A DNA stretch of 64,000 nucleotides. It comes from an uncultured Clostridium sp. (GTDB lineage: Bacteria; Bacillota; Clostridia; TANB77; CAG-508). This document shows positions 8,844-19,547 of this stretch, piece after piece. The notes under the pieces were generated by a model. That model searched no databases, had not been told where the DNA came from, and saw only the letters and a program-made list of their open reading frames with translations. The stretch covers positions 406 to 64,405 of the forward strand of contig CAKNPW010000007.1 in the NCBI GenBank assembly GCA_930990555.1, given 5' to 3'. A program made the position numbers and the translations under genes. Every line of letters starts with the position of its first letter. Position 1 is the stretch's first letter.

Positions 8844-8997
8844 AAATATTTTAAACTTATAATTAATATCTAATTTATGCCTCAGATAAAATGCTTACTA
8901 TATGTGAAACTTACGTGAAATATTAGCCATAGTTGTTGATTTTAGCAAAGAAAAATAATAAACTATATTTCATAAGTTTACAAAATGGAGGAATAAA

Positions 8998-9801
8998 ATG
9001 CTTGGCAATATAGTCACAAATCCTAATTTATTAGAAGATATAGATAAAAGATATTATAGAGAATGTTACTGTGGGCTATGTAAATCATTACAAAAAGAAC
9101 ATAAAAACATAAGCAGATTTACATTAAACTATGATATGACTTTTTTGATTGTATTACTTAATGAAGTTTATAAAGAAAATAACGAAAAATTAGAATGTAG
9201 ATGTATGATGCATCCTGTAAATAAACATACTTATATTAATGGTAAATTTGTGGACTATGTAGCAGATATGAATATATTATTAGCTTATTATAATCTACTT
9301 GATGATTGGCAAGATGATAAAAATGTATTTGCTAATTGCTATGCAAAATTAATAAAAAAGAGTTTTAAAAAAATATGTAAGAAATATCCTAAGAAAGCTG
9401 AAATTGTGCAGAATAGTTTAAAAGAATTAAACGATTTAGAAACAAAAAATATTATAAATCCTGATTTATCAGCACAATGCTGTGGTAAATTATTTGGAGA
9501 AATATTTGCACCATATGAAGACGAACACGAAGAAAAATTAAGAAATTTTGGAGACTCATTAGGAAAGTTTATATACATTTTAGATGCTTGTATAGATTTT
9601 GAAAAAGATATAAAAAAGAAAAGGTATAATCCTTTAATTATAAATTCCAAAACAGAATTTGATGATATGCTTAATTTACTTTTAGCAGATTGTGTAGAAA
9701 AATATAAGGAGCTAAATATTTCAAATAAAATAATTGAAAACATTCTATATTCAGGTATATGGACAAAATATGAAATACATAAAAAGAAGGGAGAAAAATA
9801 G
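8998..9801 (+). CDS. DUF5685 family protein
   Basis: 267 aa. N-terminal YRECYCGLCKSL..RFTLNYDMTFLIVLL motif. Confidence 0.65.
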   Translation: MLGNIVTNPNLLEDIDKRYYRECYCGLCKSLQKEHKNISRFTLNYDMTFLIVLLNEVYKENNEKLECRCMMHPVNKHTYINGKFVDYVADMNILLAYYNLLDDWQDDKNVFANCYAKLIKKSFKKICKKYPKKAEIVQNSLKELNDLETKNIINPDLSAQCCGKLFGEIFAPYEDEHEEKLRNFGDSLGKFIYILDACIDFEKDIKKKRYNPLIINSKTEFDDMLNLLLADCVEKYKELNISNKIIENILYSGIWTKYEIHKKKGEK

Positions 9802-10401
9802 ATGATACAAAATCCTTACGAAGTATTAGGACTATCATATGGAGCAACAGATGAAGAGGTTACAAAAGCCTACAGAAAATTAGTAAAAAAATATCATCCA
9901 GATTTACATCCAGGAGATGAAGAAGCAGCAAAGAAAATGAGGGAAATAAATGAAGCATATGATCAAATAAAAAATGGTACTGCAAATCAATATAATGGCT
10001 ATTCAGGGGGACAAAATAATTCATATAGTAGTAATAGTGGAAGTACAAATCTTTATCAAGTAGCAAGCCATTTCATACAAACTGGAATGTATAGAGAAGC
10101 TCTTAGAGTACTTTCCGAAATTCAAGATAGAACCGCGGAATGGTATTATTTAAGTAGTATTGCAAATTATTATACAGGTAATAGTATAACAGCTTTAAAC
10201 TATGCGAAAACAGCGGTACAAATGGAGCCTAATAATTTAAGATATCAAGAATTGTTGCAACAATTGCAAGGTGGAGGAAATGTATATAGAGAACAAAGCA
10301 GAGCCTATGGAAGGCCATTTAATATGGACAATATATGCTTTTGGTGGTGTTTGGCAGATACAATATGTAATTGTTGTTGTGGTCCAAGATTTATTTGTTA
10401 A
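9802..10401 (+). CDS. J-domain (DnaJ-like) protein with TPR-like middle and Cys-rich tail
   Basis: NPYEVLGL...[14 protein letters not shown]-domain with HPD. C-terminus [21 protein letters not shown]. The start abuts the upstream stop. Confidence 0.85.
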   Translation: MIQNPYEVLGLSYGATDEEVTKAYRKLVKKYHPDLHPGDEEAAKKMREINEAYDQIKNGTANQYNGYSGGQNNSYSSNSGSTNLYQVASHFIQTGMYREALRVLSEIQDRTAEWYYLSSIANYYTGNSITALNYAKTAVQMEPNNLRYQELLQQLQGGGNVYREQSRAYGRPFNMDNICFWWCLADTICNCCCGPRFIC

Positions 10402-10415
10402 AGGAGGAATGTGTA

Positions 10416-10823
10416 TTGAAAAAATTTATGTATAAAATAGCCTATTTTTTGCAAGGTAGATATGGAATAGATGAATTATATAAGTTTTTATTTATTATAT
10501 TTTGGATTATTGCTATTTTAAGTATAGTTGTACGAAATCCAATTATATATTTATTAGAAATATTAATATGTTTTTATATGATGTTTAGAGCACTTTCACG
10601 CAACATTTATAAAAGGCAAAGTGAAAATGCTAAATATATAAAAATAAGGGACAAAGTTAAAGGTAAACTAAAACTTCAAAAAAGAAAATGGAATGATAGA
10701 AAAACACATATATACAGAAAATGTCCTAATTGTAAAGCGGAAATCAGATTACCAAAAAAGAAAGGTAAGCATGTTTGTACATGTCCTTCTTGTAAAAAAG
10801 ATTTTGATGTAAGATGTATGTAA
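10416..10823 (+). CDS. Membrane protein with C-terminal zinc-ribbon
   Basis: TTG 10416 (or ATG 10428) after aaggagga. Two TM helices, then CPNCKAEIRLP...CTCPSCKKDF. Confidence 0.5.
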   Translation: MKKFMYKIAYFLQGRYGIDELYKFLFIIFWIIAILSIVVRNPIIYLLEILICFYMMFRALSRNIYKRQSENAKYIKIRDKVKGKLKLQKRKWNDRKTHIYRKCPNCKAEIRLPKKKGKHVCTCPSCKKDFDVRCM

Positions 10824-10857
10824 AAATTAATTATATAAAAAAGGAATGTAAAGTTAA

Positions 10858-11751
10858 ATGAACCATAAAGTATTAATAATTGTTAATCCAGTATCAGGAA
10901 AAAATAATATAAAAAAATATATATCAAGAATTAAAGAAAATTTTGAAAAATCTGATTTTCAGACCGAAATAAAATATACATCTATTGAGAATGGTGCAGG
11001 AAGTATTATAAAAGATTCTAAAGAAGATTTTGATATGATTCTAATATGTGGAGGAGACGGAACATTAAATCAAGCTATACAAGAAGTTGAGTATGAAAAT
11101 TTAAAAGTACCTATTGGATATATACCAACAGGTACTACAAATGATTTTGCTCATAGCATAAATATTTCTTTTGATAAATTACATATATCAAAAAATATAA
11201 ACAAATATTGTTCAAGAAAAATCGACTTAGGAATGATAAATGATAGAGTATTTAATTATGTTGTAGCATTTGGATTGTTTTCTGAATCATCTTATAAAAC
11301 AAGAATCAAGTTAAAACAAAAGCTTGGAAGATTTGCATATGTGCTTTATGGAATAAAAGAAATATTTAATCATAAAACATATAAATTACAGATTCAATCA
11401 GATACAACTATAATAGAAGATGAATTTATTTATGGAAGTATAAGTAATTCTAAATATATTGGTGGTTTTGACTTGTTTAAAAATAAATCTATAGAATTTG
11501 ATGACGGAAAGTTTGAAGCTGTTTTTGTAAAAAAACCTAAAAATTTTTTACAAATGCTAAGAATAATATTAAAGGTACTACGAGGCAAACTAGAAGATGA
11601 GTGTATATATTATATCCAAACATCAAATCTAGAAATAAAATGCAATAAACCTATAGAGCTTTCGATAGATGGTGAATATGGTGGCGGTAAAAAAGATATA
11701 AGAATTCACGTGAAAAAACAAAGTATAGAATATCTTGTGCCACCAACGTAA
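10858..11751 (+). CDS. Diacylglycerol/lipid kinase family protein (YegS/BmrU type)
   Basis: IIVNPVSGK, ICGGDGTLNQA and PTGTTNDFA motifs of the DAGK catalytic domain. Confidence 0.85.
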   Translation: MNHKVLIIVNPVSGKNNIKKYISRIKENFEKSDFQTEIKYTSIENGAGSIIKDSKEDFDMILICGGDGTLNQAIQEVEYENLKVPIGYIPTGTTNDFAHSINISFDKLHISKNINKYCSRKIDLGMINDRVFNYVVAFGLFSESSYKTRIKLKQKLGRFAYVLYGIKEIFNHKTYKLQIQSDTTIIEDEFIYGSISNSKYIGGFDLFKNKSIEFDDGKFEAVFVKKPKNFLQMLRIILKVLRGKLEDECIYYIQTSNLEIKCNKPIELSIDGEYGGGKKDIRIHVKKQSIEYLVPPT

Positions 11752-11819
11752 TTTACTTTAATAAGAAAATGAATTGGTAAAAAAGTAGTAAAAATTTTAC
11801 CAATTCATTTTGCTTTAAT

Positions 11820-12692
11820 TTATATTTTTAGTTCTTTTTGTAATTCATCCAAAAATATTTGTGAAGCCTTAGAAAATACTTGATATTTTTTCCATGCCAT
11901 TACCAAATTAGACTTTAAATTAGGCTCAAGAGGTTTAAAACATAGATTTGGATTATTTACTAAATTATCTAAAGTTAATGCACTTCCAAAGCCTTCTTCT
12001 ACAAAGAAAGAAGCATTATATATTAAATTATATGTTGCAACAATATTTAATTTTTCAACATTATGCCCAAACCAACCTGTAAGTTCATTATTATCTAAAG
12101 CTTGTTTAGAAAAAATTAATGGAATATTTAAAAGGTCTTTAGGTTTTATATATTCAAGGTTTGCTAAAGGATTATCTTTTTTCATTAAAAGTCCCCAATT
12201 ATTATATACTGCTAATTTTATATGATTGTATTTTTTAAAATCAGATGGTTCAAACAAAATTGCAAAATCAATAAGACCTTTATCTAGCTTTTCTAAAACA
12301 TCTTCACTATTACCACTAAAAAGATGATAATGAATATTTGGATATTTATCTTGTAAATTTTTACATAGTTTAGCAATTAATTTTATTCCATCTGTTTCAG
12401 CAGCACCAATATAAACATCACCAACTACAAGTGCATCATTTTTTTGTAATTCTGTTTCAGTTTTTTCAACTAATTCAATTATTTCACTAGCTCTTTTTCT
12501 AAGAAGCATGCCATCTTCTGTTAAAGTAATTCTTCGTTTACCTCTAATAAATAATTTTTTTCCAAGTTCATCTTCTAAATCCATAAGTTGTTTAGATAGA
12601 GTTGGTTGTGTTATATGCAAGCTTTCTGCTGCTGCAGTAATGTTTTCTTCTCTTGCGACTTCTAAAAAATATCTTAATACTCTAAGTTCCAT
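11820..12692 (-). CDS. LysR family transcriptional regulator
   Basis: MELRVLRYFLEVAREENITAAAESLHITQPTLSKQL HTH plus a substrate-binding domain. Divergent from the aldo/keto reductase cluster. Confidence 0.9.
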   Translation of the reverse strand: MELRVLRYFLEVAREENITAAAESLHITQPTLSKQLMDLEDELGKKLFIRGKRRITLTEDGMLLRKRASEIIELVEKTETELQKNDALVVGDVYIGAAETDGIKLIAKLCKNLQDKYPNIHYHLFSGNSEDVLEKLDKGLIDFAILFEPSDFKKYNHIKLAVYNNWGLLMKKDNPLANLEYIKPKDLLNIPLIFSKQALDNNELTGWFGHNVEKLNIVATYNLIYNASFFVEEGFGSALTLDNLVNNPNLCFKPLEPNLKSNLVMAWKKYQVFSKASQIFLDELQKELKI

Positions 12693-12810
12693 ATCTTTTC
12701 CTCCAATGCTAAAGATATTATATCATATTACCATGCTTATTGGCTATGATAAATCATTCAAAATAAGTATTGGCTATTTTGAATAAGTACAATTATAATA
12801 TATTTAGAAG

Positions 12811-13050
12811 GTGATGAGATTGATTTGTGATGCAAATAAAAAGGAGAATTTAATTGAAAGTTTACGTGACGCAGGCTGTAATAAAAAGCTTATAGACGAA
12901 TTCCTTTCTTTATTAGAACAAAACAAATTCGAGAAAATATATGAGTTACTTCGAAAACATAGAGAAGCTCTATTAAAAACAATACATAAAAACCAAAAAG
13001 AAATAGATATTTTAGATTATTTAATAGTAGCATTAAAAAAAGAAAATTAA
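12811..13050 (+). CDS. Small helical hypothetical protein
   Basis: 79 aa (GTG 12811 or ATG 12814). First gene of the LysR-divergent operon. No domain recognised. Confidence 0.4.
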   Translation: MMRLICDANKKENLIESLRDAGCNKKLIDEFLSLLEQNKFEKIYELLRKHREALLKTIHKNQKEIDILDYLIVALKKEN

Positions 13051-13074
13051 ATGCTTAAAAGAAAGGAGGGTGCT

Positions 13075-14043
13075 ATGAGCAGAAAAATTTTAATAATACT
13101 TATAGTTATTTTAATAATTTTAGTGATTATAGGATGTTTAATTTACCAAAATAAAACAGAAAGTGAGGTTGGTAACAATATGGAGTTACAAAATACAATT
13201 ATAAATACAAATTATGATACAACTCCAAGAGAATTTAACTTTGAAACTAGAACTGTAACATTAAATAGTGGTTATGAAATGCCATTAAATGGAATAGGAA
13301 CATATAGTTTAACAGGAGATACTTGTTACAATTCTATAACAAGTGCGTTAAACTCTGGAGTAAGATTAATTGATACAGCTTATATGTATAATAATGAAGA
13401 AGAAGTAGGAAGAGCAATTAGAGATTCGGGTATTCCAAGAGAAGAAATATTTGTTATTACTAAAATATATCCAAGTCAATTTAATAATCCAGAAGAAGCA
13501 ATAGAAATGGCCTTTGATAAAATAGATATAGGATATATAGATATGATGTTATTGCACCATCCAGGAACTAATGATGTAAATGCATATAAAGCAATGGAAA
13601 AATATGTTCAGCAAGGAAAAATTCATTCAATTGGTCTTTCTAATTGGTATATAGATGAATTAGAGGAATTTTTACCACAGATAGAAATAACACCTGCTCT
13701 TGTTCAAAATGAGATTCATCCATATTATCAAGAATTAGATGTAGTGCCATATATTCAAAGTAAAGGTATTGTAGTTCAAGGTTGGTATCCTTTTGGCGGT
13801 AGAGGATATACAAGTGAGCTATTAAATGATAAAACAATTGTAGAAATAGCAAATACTCACAATGTAACATCTGCACAAGTAATATTAAGATGGAACTTGC
13901 AAAGAGGAGTAGTAGTAATTCCAGGTTCAAGTAATCCAGAACATATTAAAGAAAATACTGATATTTATAATTTTGAATTAACTGATCAAGAAATGCAAAA
14001 AATAGAAGAATTAAACCGTGATGAAAAACATGATTGGTATTAA
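13075..14043 (+). CDS. Aldo/keto reductase with N-terminal membrane anchor
   Basis: ATG 13075 after aaaggaggg. TM helix ILIILIVILIILVIIGCLI, N-rich linker, then AKR motifs (GIGTY, IDTAYMYNNEEEVG, LLHHP, SNW..., IPGSSNPEHIKEN). Confidence 0.85.
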   Translation: MSRKILIILIVILIILVIIGCLIYQNKTESEVGNNMELQNTIINTNYDTTPREFNFETRTVTLNSGYEMPLNGIGTYSLTGDTCYNSITSALNSGVRLIDTAYMYNNEEEVGRAIRDSGIPREEIFVITKIYPSQFNNPEEAIEMAFDKIDIGYIDMMLLHHPGTNDVNAYKAMEKYVQQGKIHSIGLSNWYIDELEEFLPQIEITPALVQNEIHPYYQELDVVPYIQSKGIVVQGWYPFGGRGYTSELLNDKTIVEIANTHNVTSAQVILRWNLQRGVVVIPGSSNPEHIKENTDIYNFELTDQEMQKIEELNRDEKHDWY

Positions 14044-14058
14044 TAGAAAGGAGAAGAA

Positions 14059-14646
14059 ATGGCTAAAAAAATATTAATTCCTATTATTATATTAATTATA
14101 GTAATTGGTATAATTTTATTATTTAGTATGTCTAATAATAAGACAGTAAATGAGCTATCAAGTATGAATGTTAATGTAAATGAGAAAACAAATAATGTAG
14201 AGAATGAAACAACGACTACTAATGAAAGTATAGAGAACATTACAGAAAATACAAATATTATAAATGAGGAGATGAATACTATGAATAGTGAAGAAATAAA
14301 GATAAATTTAATATTAAATAATAAAACATTTACTGCGACTTTAGAAAATAATCAAACAGTGCAAGAATTGATTCAAAATTTACCTATGACACTAAATATG
14401 AGTGATTTACATTCAAATGAAAAATATAATTATTTAAATTCAAGTCTAACTACAAATAGCAGTATTCCAAGAATGATAAACGCAGGTGATATTAAATTAT
14501 ATGGAAATAATTGCTTAGTGGTATTTTATGATGATTTTAGAAATTCATACAGTTATACTAACTTAGGAAGAGTAGATAATGTGGATGACTTTGTTGCTGA
14601 TCTTGGAAGTGGAAGTGTAAATATTAGATTTGAGTTAGCAGATTAA
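14059..14646 (+). CDS. Cyclophilin-like fold protein with N-terminal membrane anchor
   Basis: TM helix, 50-aa N/T/E-rich linker, then IKINLILNNKTFTATLENNQTVQELIQNLPMTL...GDIKLYGNNCLVVFYDDF. Paralogous to ORF 33279. Confidence 0.6.
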   Translation: MAKKILIPIIILIIVIGIILLFSMSNNKTVNELSSMNVNVNEKTNNVENETTTTNESIENITENTNIINEEMNTMNSEEIKINLILNNKTFTATLENNQTVQELIQNLPMTLNMSDLHSNEKYNYLNSSLTTNSSIPRMINAGDIKLYGNNCLVVFYDDFRNSYSYTNLGRVDNVDDFVADLGSGSVNIRFELAD

Positions 14647-14698
14647 AAATAATAGTATAATAAAAAATAATATATATGATATGAAGGGAAACGATAAA

Positions 14699-15556
14699 AT
14701 GAAAATTAAAAATACAATAGAAAATCAAACTTTTGATGAAGAAAGAGCATTATATAATTTAAAAAATACTGAAGTTAGAAATTGTACTTTTGCAGGTCCA
14801 CAAGACGGTGAATCTGTATTAAAAGAAACAAGAAATGTAAGAGTTATTGATAGTAAGTTTTCTTTAAGATATCCTTTATGGCATGCAAAAACATATGAGT
14901 TAATACATTCTACTTTTGATGATAAAACAAGAGCTCCAATATGGTATGCTGATAATGGTCTAATTGATAATTGTGATTTAAAAGGAATAAAATTATTAAG
15001 AGAATGTAATAATACAGTAATTAAGAATTCAAATATTGTTTCTCCAGAATTTGGTTGGAAATGTAATAATGTAACTATGGAAAATACAAAAATTATATCA
15101 GAATATATCTTTTTAGATAGCAAAAATGTTAAATTGAAAAATGTAGAATTTCAAGGAAAATATTCATTCCAATATATGGAGAATTTAGAGATAGAAAACT
15201 GTGAACTAGATACAAAAGATGCTTTTTGGCACAGTAAAAATGTAACTGTTAGAGATTCAGTTGTAAAGGGAGAATATCTAGCTTGGTTTTCTGATGGTTT
15301 AACACTTATAAATTGTAAGATTATTGGAACACAACCACTTTGCTACTGTAACAACTTAAAATTAATAAACTGTACAATGGAAGATACAGATTTAGCATTT
15401 GAATATTCTGATGTAGAAGCAGACATAAAAGGAAATATTATATCAATTAAAAATCCTAAATCAGGAACAATTACAGTTGATTCTGTTGGCGAAATTATTA
15501 ATGAAGATTCTATAATGGAAGTTAACGGAAAAGTAATAATTAGAAGCGAACTTTAG
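14699..15556 (+). CDS. DUF3737 family (beta-helix) protein
   Basis: ATG 14699 after aagggaa. FDEERALYNLKNTEVRNCTFAGPQDGES and repeated beta-helix turns. Confidence 0.65.
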   Translation: MKIKNTIENQTFDEERALYNLKNTEVRNCTFAGPQDGESVLKETRNVRVIDSKFSLRYPLWHAKTYELIHSTFDDKTRAPIWYADNGLIDNCDLKGIKLLRECNNTVIKNSNIVSPEFGWKCNNVTMENTKIISEYIFLDSKNVKLKNVEFQGKYSFQYMENLEIENCELDTKDAFWHSKNVTVRDSVVKGEYLAWFSDGLTLINCKIIGTQPLCYCNNLKLINCTMEDTDLAFEYSDVEADIKGNIISIKNPKSGTITVDSVGEIINEDSIMEVNGKVIIRSEL

Positions 15557-15574
15557 GGACGGAGCTTAAAGCTC
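15554..15574. repeat. Possible degenerate copy of the palindromic repeat family
   Basis: TAGGGACGgagcTTAAAgctc starts on the stop codon of the upstream gene, as at the nrdG locus. Only about two thirds of positions match the family consensus. Confidence 0.3.
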
Positions 15575-15658
15575 AAAAAGATTACATAAATAATCAATTA
15601 AACAAATATACATTAGAGTTCTTTTAAAATAAATTATTTTAAAAATATAGGAGGTATT

Positions 15659-16216
15659 ATGGAGGTACAAGAATTTTTAGACAAAATGAATAGTGGTGAA
15701 ACTGTAAAAGCTAACTCACCAGCACATGTTAAAATGTGTTCACTTTCACAAGATGCTATGAAATTAACTTCAAAATTAAATAGTACATATCATACACCAG
15801 AAGAAATTAGAGGAATTATGACAGAACTTACAGGTAAAACAGTAGATGAGACATTCTCTTTATTTCCACCATTTTATACTGATTGTGGTAAAAATCTATC
15901 AATTGGAAAAAATGTATTTATAAATAGTGGTTGTAAATTTCAAGATCAAGGAGGGATTACAATAGGAGATGGAACACTTATAGGTCACAATGTTGTTTTA
16001 GCTACATTAAATCATAGTTCTGATGTTAATAATCGTGCAGATCTTATTCCAGAACCAATTCATATTGGTAAGAATGTTTGGATAGGTGCGAATGCAACTA
16101 TTCTTCCTGGAGTTAGCATAGGAGATGGAGCCATAATTGCAGCAGGAGCGGTTGTTTCTAAAGATGTTCCTAAAAATTCAGTTGTTGGCGGAGTTCCAGC
16201 AAAGAGGATAAAATAA
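15659..16216 (+). CDS. Sugar O-acetyltransferase (maltose/galactoside acetyltransferase-like, hexapeptide repeat)
   Basis: Mac N-terminal domain then LbH repeats ([53 protein letters not shown]). Confidence 0.85.
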   Translation: MEVQEFLDKMNSGETVKANSPAHVKMCSLSQDAMKLTSKLNSTYHTPEEIRGIMTELTGKTVDETFSLFPPFYTDCGKNLSIGKNVFINSGCKFQDQGGITIGDGTLIGHNVVLATLNHSSDVNNRADLIPEPIHIGKNVWIGANATILPGVSIGDGAIIAAGAVVSKDVPKNSVVGGVPAKRIK

Positions 16217-16258
16217 AATCTTTAAGTATAGATTAATTAGAAGAAAGAAGGTATATTT

Positions 16259-17248
16259 ATGGAAGAAAAATTAAATTTAGTTCAAGAATGGGATAAAACA
16301 TTCCAAAAAAGTGAGAAAGTAAATCATAGAAAAGTAACATTTCATAATCGTTATGGAATAACACTAGTAGCAGACTTATATGAACCAAAAGATGTTACAG
16401 GAAAATTACCAGCTATAGCTGTATGTGGACCTTTTGGAGCAGTAAAAGAGCAAGCATCAGGATTATATGCACAAGAAATGGCAGAAAGAGGATTTTTGAT
16501 GATTGCATTTGATCCTTCATATACAGGAGAAAGTACAGGAACACCAAGATATGTTGCATCACCAGATATTAATACAGAAGATTTTCAGGCTGCTGTTGAC
16601 TTTTTATCTGTACAAGAAAATGTTGATCCAGAAAGAATTGGAATTATAGGAATTTGTGGCTGGGGAGGTCTAGCATTAAATACAGCCGCATTAGATACAA
16701 GAATAAAAGCAACTGTTTCATCAACGATGTATGATATGTCAAGAGTTGGAGCAAAAGGATATTTTGATGCAAATGATAGCGAAGAAGAAAGACATAATCT
16801 TCGTGTAACATATAATACGCAAAGAATAGAAGATTACAAAACAGGAACTTATAAAAGAGCAGGTGGAGTTGTAGATCCACTACCAGAAGATGCACCATTT
16901 TTTGTAAAAGATTATTATGATTACTACAAAACAAAACGTGGATATCATAAGAGATCTTTAAATTCAAATGATGGATGGAATGTAACTGGAACAATGTCAT
17001 TTATGAATATGCCTATTTTACAATATACTAATGAAATAAGAAATGCAGTATTAATAATTCATGGGGAAAAGGCACATTCATGTTATATGAGCAAAGATGC
17101 ATATAAAAATATGACAGAAAATAGTAAATATATAGACAATAAAGAATTAATGATTATTCCAAATGCTGTTCATACAGATTTATATGATAGAAAAGATATA
17201 ATTCCATTTGATAAAATAGAAGAATTCTTTAAAACATATTTAAGATAA
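16259..17248 (+). CDS. Alpha/beta hydrolase
   Basis: 329 aa. The nucleophile elbow GICGWGG looks Cys-type (dienelactone-hydrolase-like). C-terminal IIHGEKAHS. Confidence 0.65.
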   Translation: MEEKLNLVQEWDKTFQKSEKVNHRKVTFHNRYGITLVADLYEPKDVTGKLPAIAVCGPFGAVKEQASGLYAQEMAERGFLMIAFDPSYTGESTGTPRYVASPDINTEDFQAAVDFLSVQENVDPERIGIIGICGWGGLALNTAALDTRIKATVSSTMYDMSRVGAKGYFDANDSEEERHNLRVTYNTQRIEDYKTGTYKRAGGVVDPLPEDAPFFVKDYYDYYKTKRGYHKRSLNSNDGWNVTGTMSFMNMPILQYTNEIRNAVLIIHGEKAHSCYMSKDAYKNMTENSKYIDNKELMIIPNAVHTDLYDRKDIIPFDKIEEFFKTYLR

Positions 17249-17505
17249 ACTATTGTGCTGTCATCATTTAAAAAGGTAAATAATTAGTTGCTAGTTATTT
17301 ACCCTTAATGTTATGATAAAACAAAAACAGTAAAAAAATCAATTGATTGGCAATTAAAGGAGCTAAGAGTATTTTGAAAAATAAAAGTCCTTTGAAAAAT
17401 GTGTAAAAATGTCACAAAAGTCCTTTGAAAAATGTGAGCAAAAACACAGAAGTCGTTTGACTTTTGTGCTTTTTTGCTTTAAAATAGAATAAAGAGGTGG
17501 TGAAA

Positions 17506-18817
17506 ATGTATAGATATAAATTAGAAGATTTAAAGAAATGGAAATCTTCTAAAACAAGAAAACCTTTAATAATAAGAGGAGCAAGACAAGTTGGAAAAAC
17601 TTGGCTTATGCAAGAATTTGGTAAAAATGAATATGAAAAATGTGCATATATAAACTTTGATGATAATAATAGAATGGAACAACTTTTTTCAGGAGATTTT
17701 GATATAGAAAGAATAATACAAGGATTAAAAATCGAATCTGGAGTAAATATAGAACCTGAAAATACATTAATAATATTTGATGAAATTCAAGAAACACCAA
17801 AAGCGTTAACTTCTTTGAAATATTTTTATGAAAATGCAAACGAATATCATATTATGGCAGCAGGTTCTTTATTAGGAGTTGCAATGCATGAGGGAACATC
17901 ATTTCCTGTTGGTAAAGTAGATTTTCTGGATTTATATCCATTAAACTTTTTTGAATTTTTAAATGCATTGGGAGAAGAAGAATTAGTAGAGTTAATATAT
18001 AAAAATGATTTGGATTTAATAACTGTATTTGCAGATAAACTTAAAACATATTTAAAGCAATATATGTTTATTGGGGGAATGCCAGAAGTAGTAGAAACAT
18101 ATATAGATACAAAAGATTTTAACGAAGTAAGAAAAGTACAAGAATCATTATTAAGCGCATATGAACAAGACTTTTCAAAACATGCTCCTAATAATGTTGT
18201 ACCTAGAATAAGACAATTATGGAATAATATACCTACTCAACTTGCAAAAGAAAATAAAAAATTTATTTATCGGATTAGTAAAAGAAGGTGCCAGAGCAAG
18301 AGAATATGAATTAGCCTTATCATGGCTTATAGATTGTGGTTTGGTATATCAAGTAAATAGAGTAAAGGATTGTAAGATTCCATTATCAGCTTATCAAGAC
18401 TTTAGTGCATTCAAATTGTACTTATTAGACGTCGGGTTATTATGTGCTATGGCTAAAATTGATCCTCAGACCATAATAGATGGTAATAAAATATTTGTAG
18501 AATTTAAAGGTTCACTAACTGAACAATATGTTTTGACTGAATTAAAGTCAAATATTGATACACCAGTTTTTTATTGGGCTTCTGAAAAAGGTACTGCAGA
18601 AATTGATTATATAATTCAATTAGGAAGAAATAATGTACCAATAGAGGTAAAAGCAAGTGAAAATTTACAAGCTAAAAGTTTAAAAAGTTTTGTAGAAAAG
18701 TATAATACTAACATAAATATAAGAACTTCAATGACAAATTATAAAAAGGAAGACTGGCTAATAAATATTCCTTTATATTTAATAGGAAATGTAGCAAATA
18801 TAATAAAAAAGAAATAA
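17506..18817 (+). pseudogene. AAA+ ATPase with DUF4143 domain, frameshifted
   Basis: Walker A GARQVGKTW. ORFs 17497-18309 and 18242-18817 overlap in different frames. Deleting C18271 (tatCgga) restores KKFIYGLVKEGARAREYELALSWL. Confidence 0.8.
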
Positions 18818-18911
18818 GAGATGTAATTGAAGTGATAAAATAAAAGTAGACACATTCTTTTTGTGTCTACTTCTTGTTGACAACTTCAAGATGTAATCTC
18901 TTACTTCTTTT

Positions 18912-19547
18912 TTATATTTCATATAATATTTTAATTTTTCTACCATCAACTTCTATAAGTTTATCATCTTTCAAATGTTTTAATTCTCTGAACATTGCAG
19001 ATCTGTCTATGGCCAAGTGATCTGCTAAATCTTTAAAAGGAAAACTTAAATAGATATTTTTAGAATGACTTTTTCTATGCTCAATCTCAAAGAATTTTAA
19101 TAATTTTTCACGTATTTGCTTTTTCTCCAAAACTTTAACTCTTTCGTTAGTTTCTCTATATTTTGTATTTATTATATCAAATAAGTTACTTAAAAATATA
19201 TTAAAGTAATTATGATTTGTATTTTCTGGTCTCATTAATTTTACATAATCTATAATAAGGACTTCAGTATTCTCTTTTGCAATTATTTGACAGTCTTCAC
19301 TATTTGTTGCAGAAATTGTTGTACCAAACACACTATCTTTTCCAAGATTTTCCTGTACCATTTCGTTGCCATTGTACTCTATATTCATAATTTGGGCAAA
19401 TCCATCAAGTACAATTCCTATAATATTATCATTTTTTATAGTTGGTATTATCTCTTCACCTTTAGCATATCTATACCTATGAACGCCTAGAAGTACAAAG
19501 AGTTTGCCGATTTGTAATTTTGTTAATCCTTCAAATGGAAGCCTCAT
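18912..19547 (-). CDS. Crp/Fnr family transcriptional regulator
   Basis: ATG at 19547 after aggtga. cNMP-like barrel plus C-terminal HTH (FKDLADHLAIDRSAMFRELKHL). Divergent from nrdD. Confidence 0.8.
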   Translation of the reverse strand: MRLPFEGLTKLQIGKLFVLLGVHRYRYAKGEEIIPTIKNDNIIGIVLDGFAQIMNIEYNGNEMVQENLGKDSVFGTTISATNSEDCQIIAKENTEVLIIDYVKLMRPENTNHNYFNIFLSNLFDIINTKYRETNERVKVLEKKQIREKLLKFFEIEHRKSHSKNIYLSFPFKDLADHLAIDRSAMFRELKHLKDDKLIEVDGRKIKILYEI

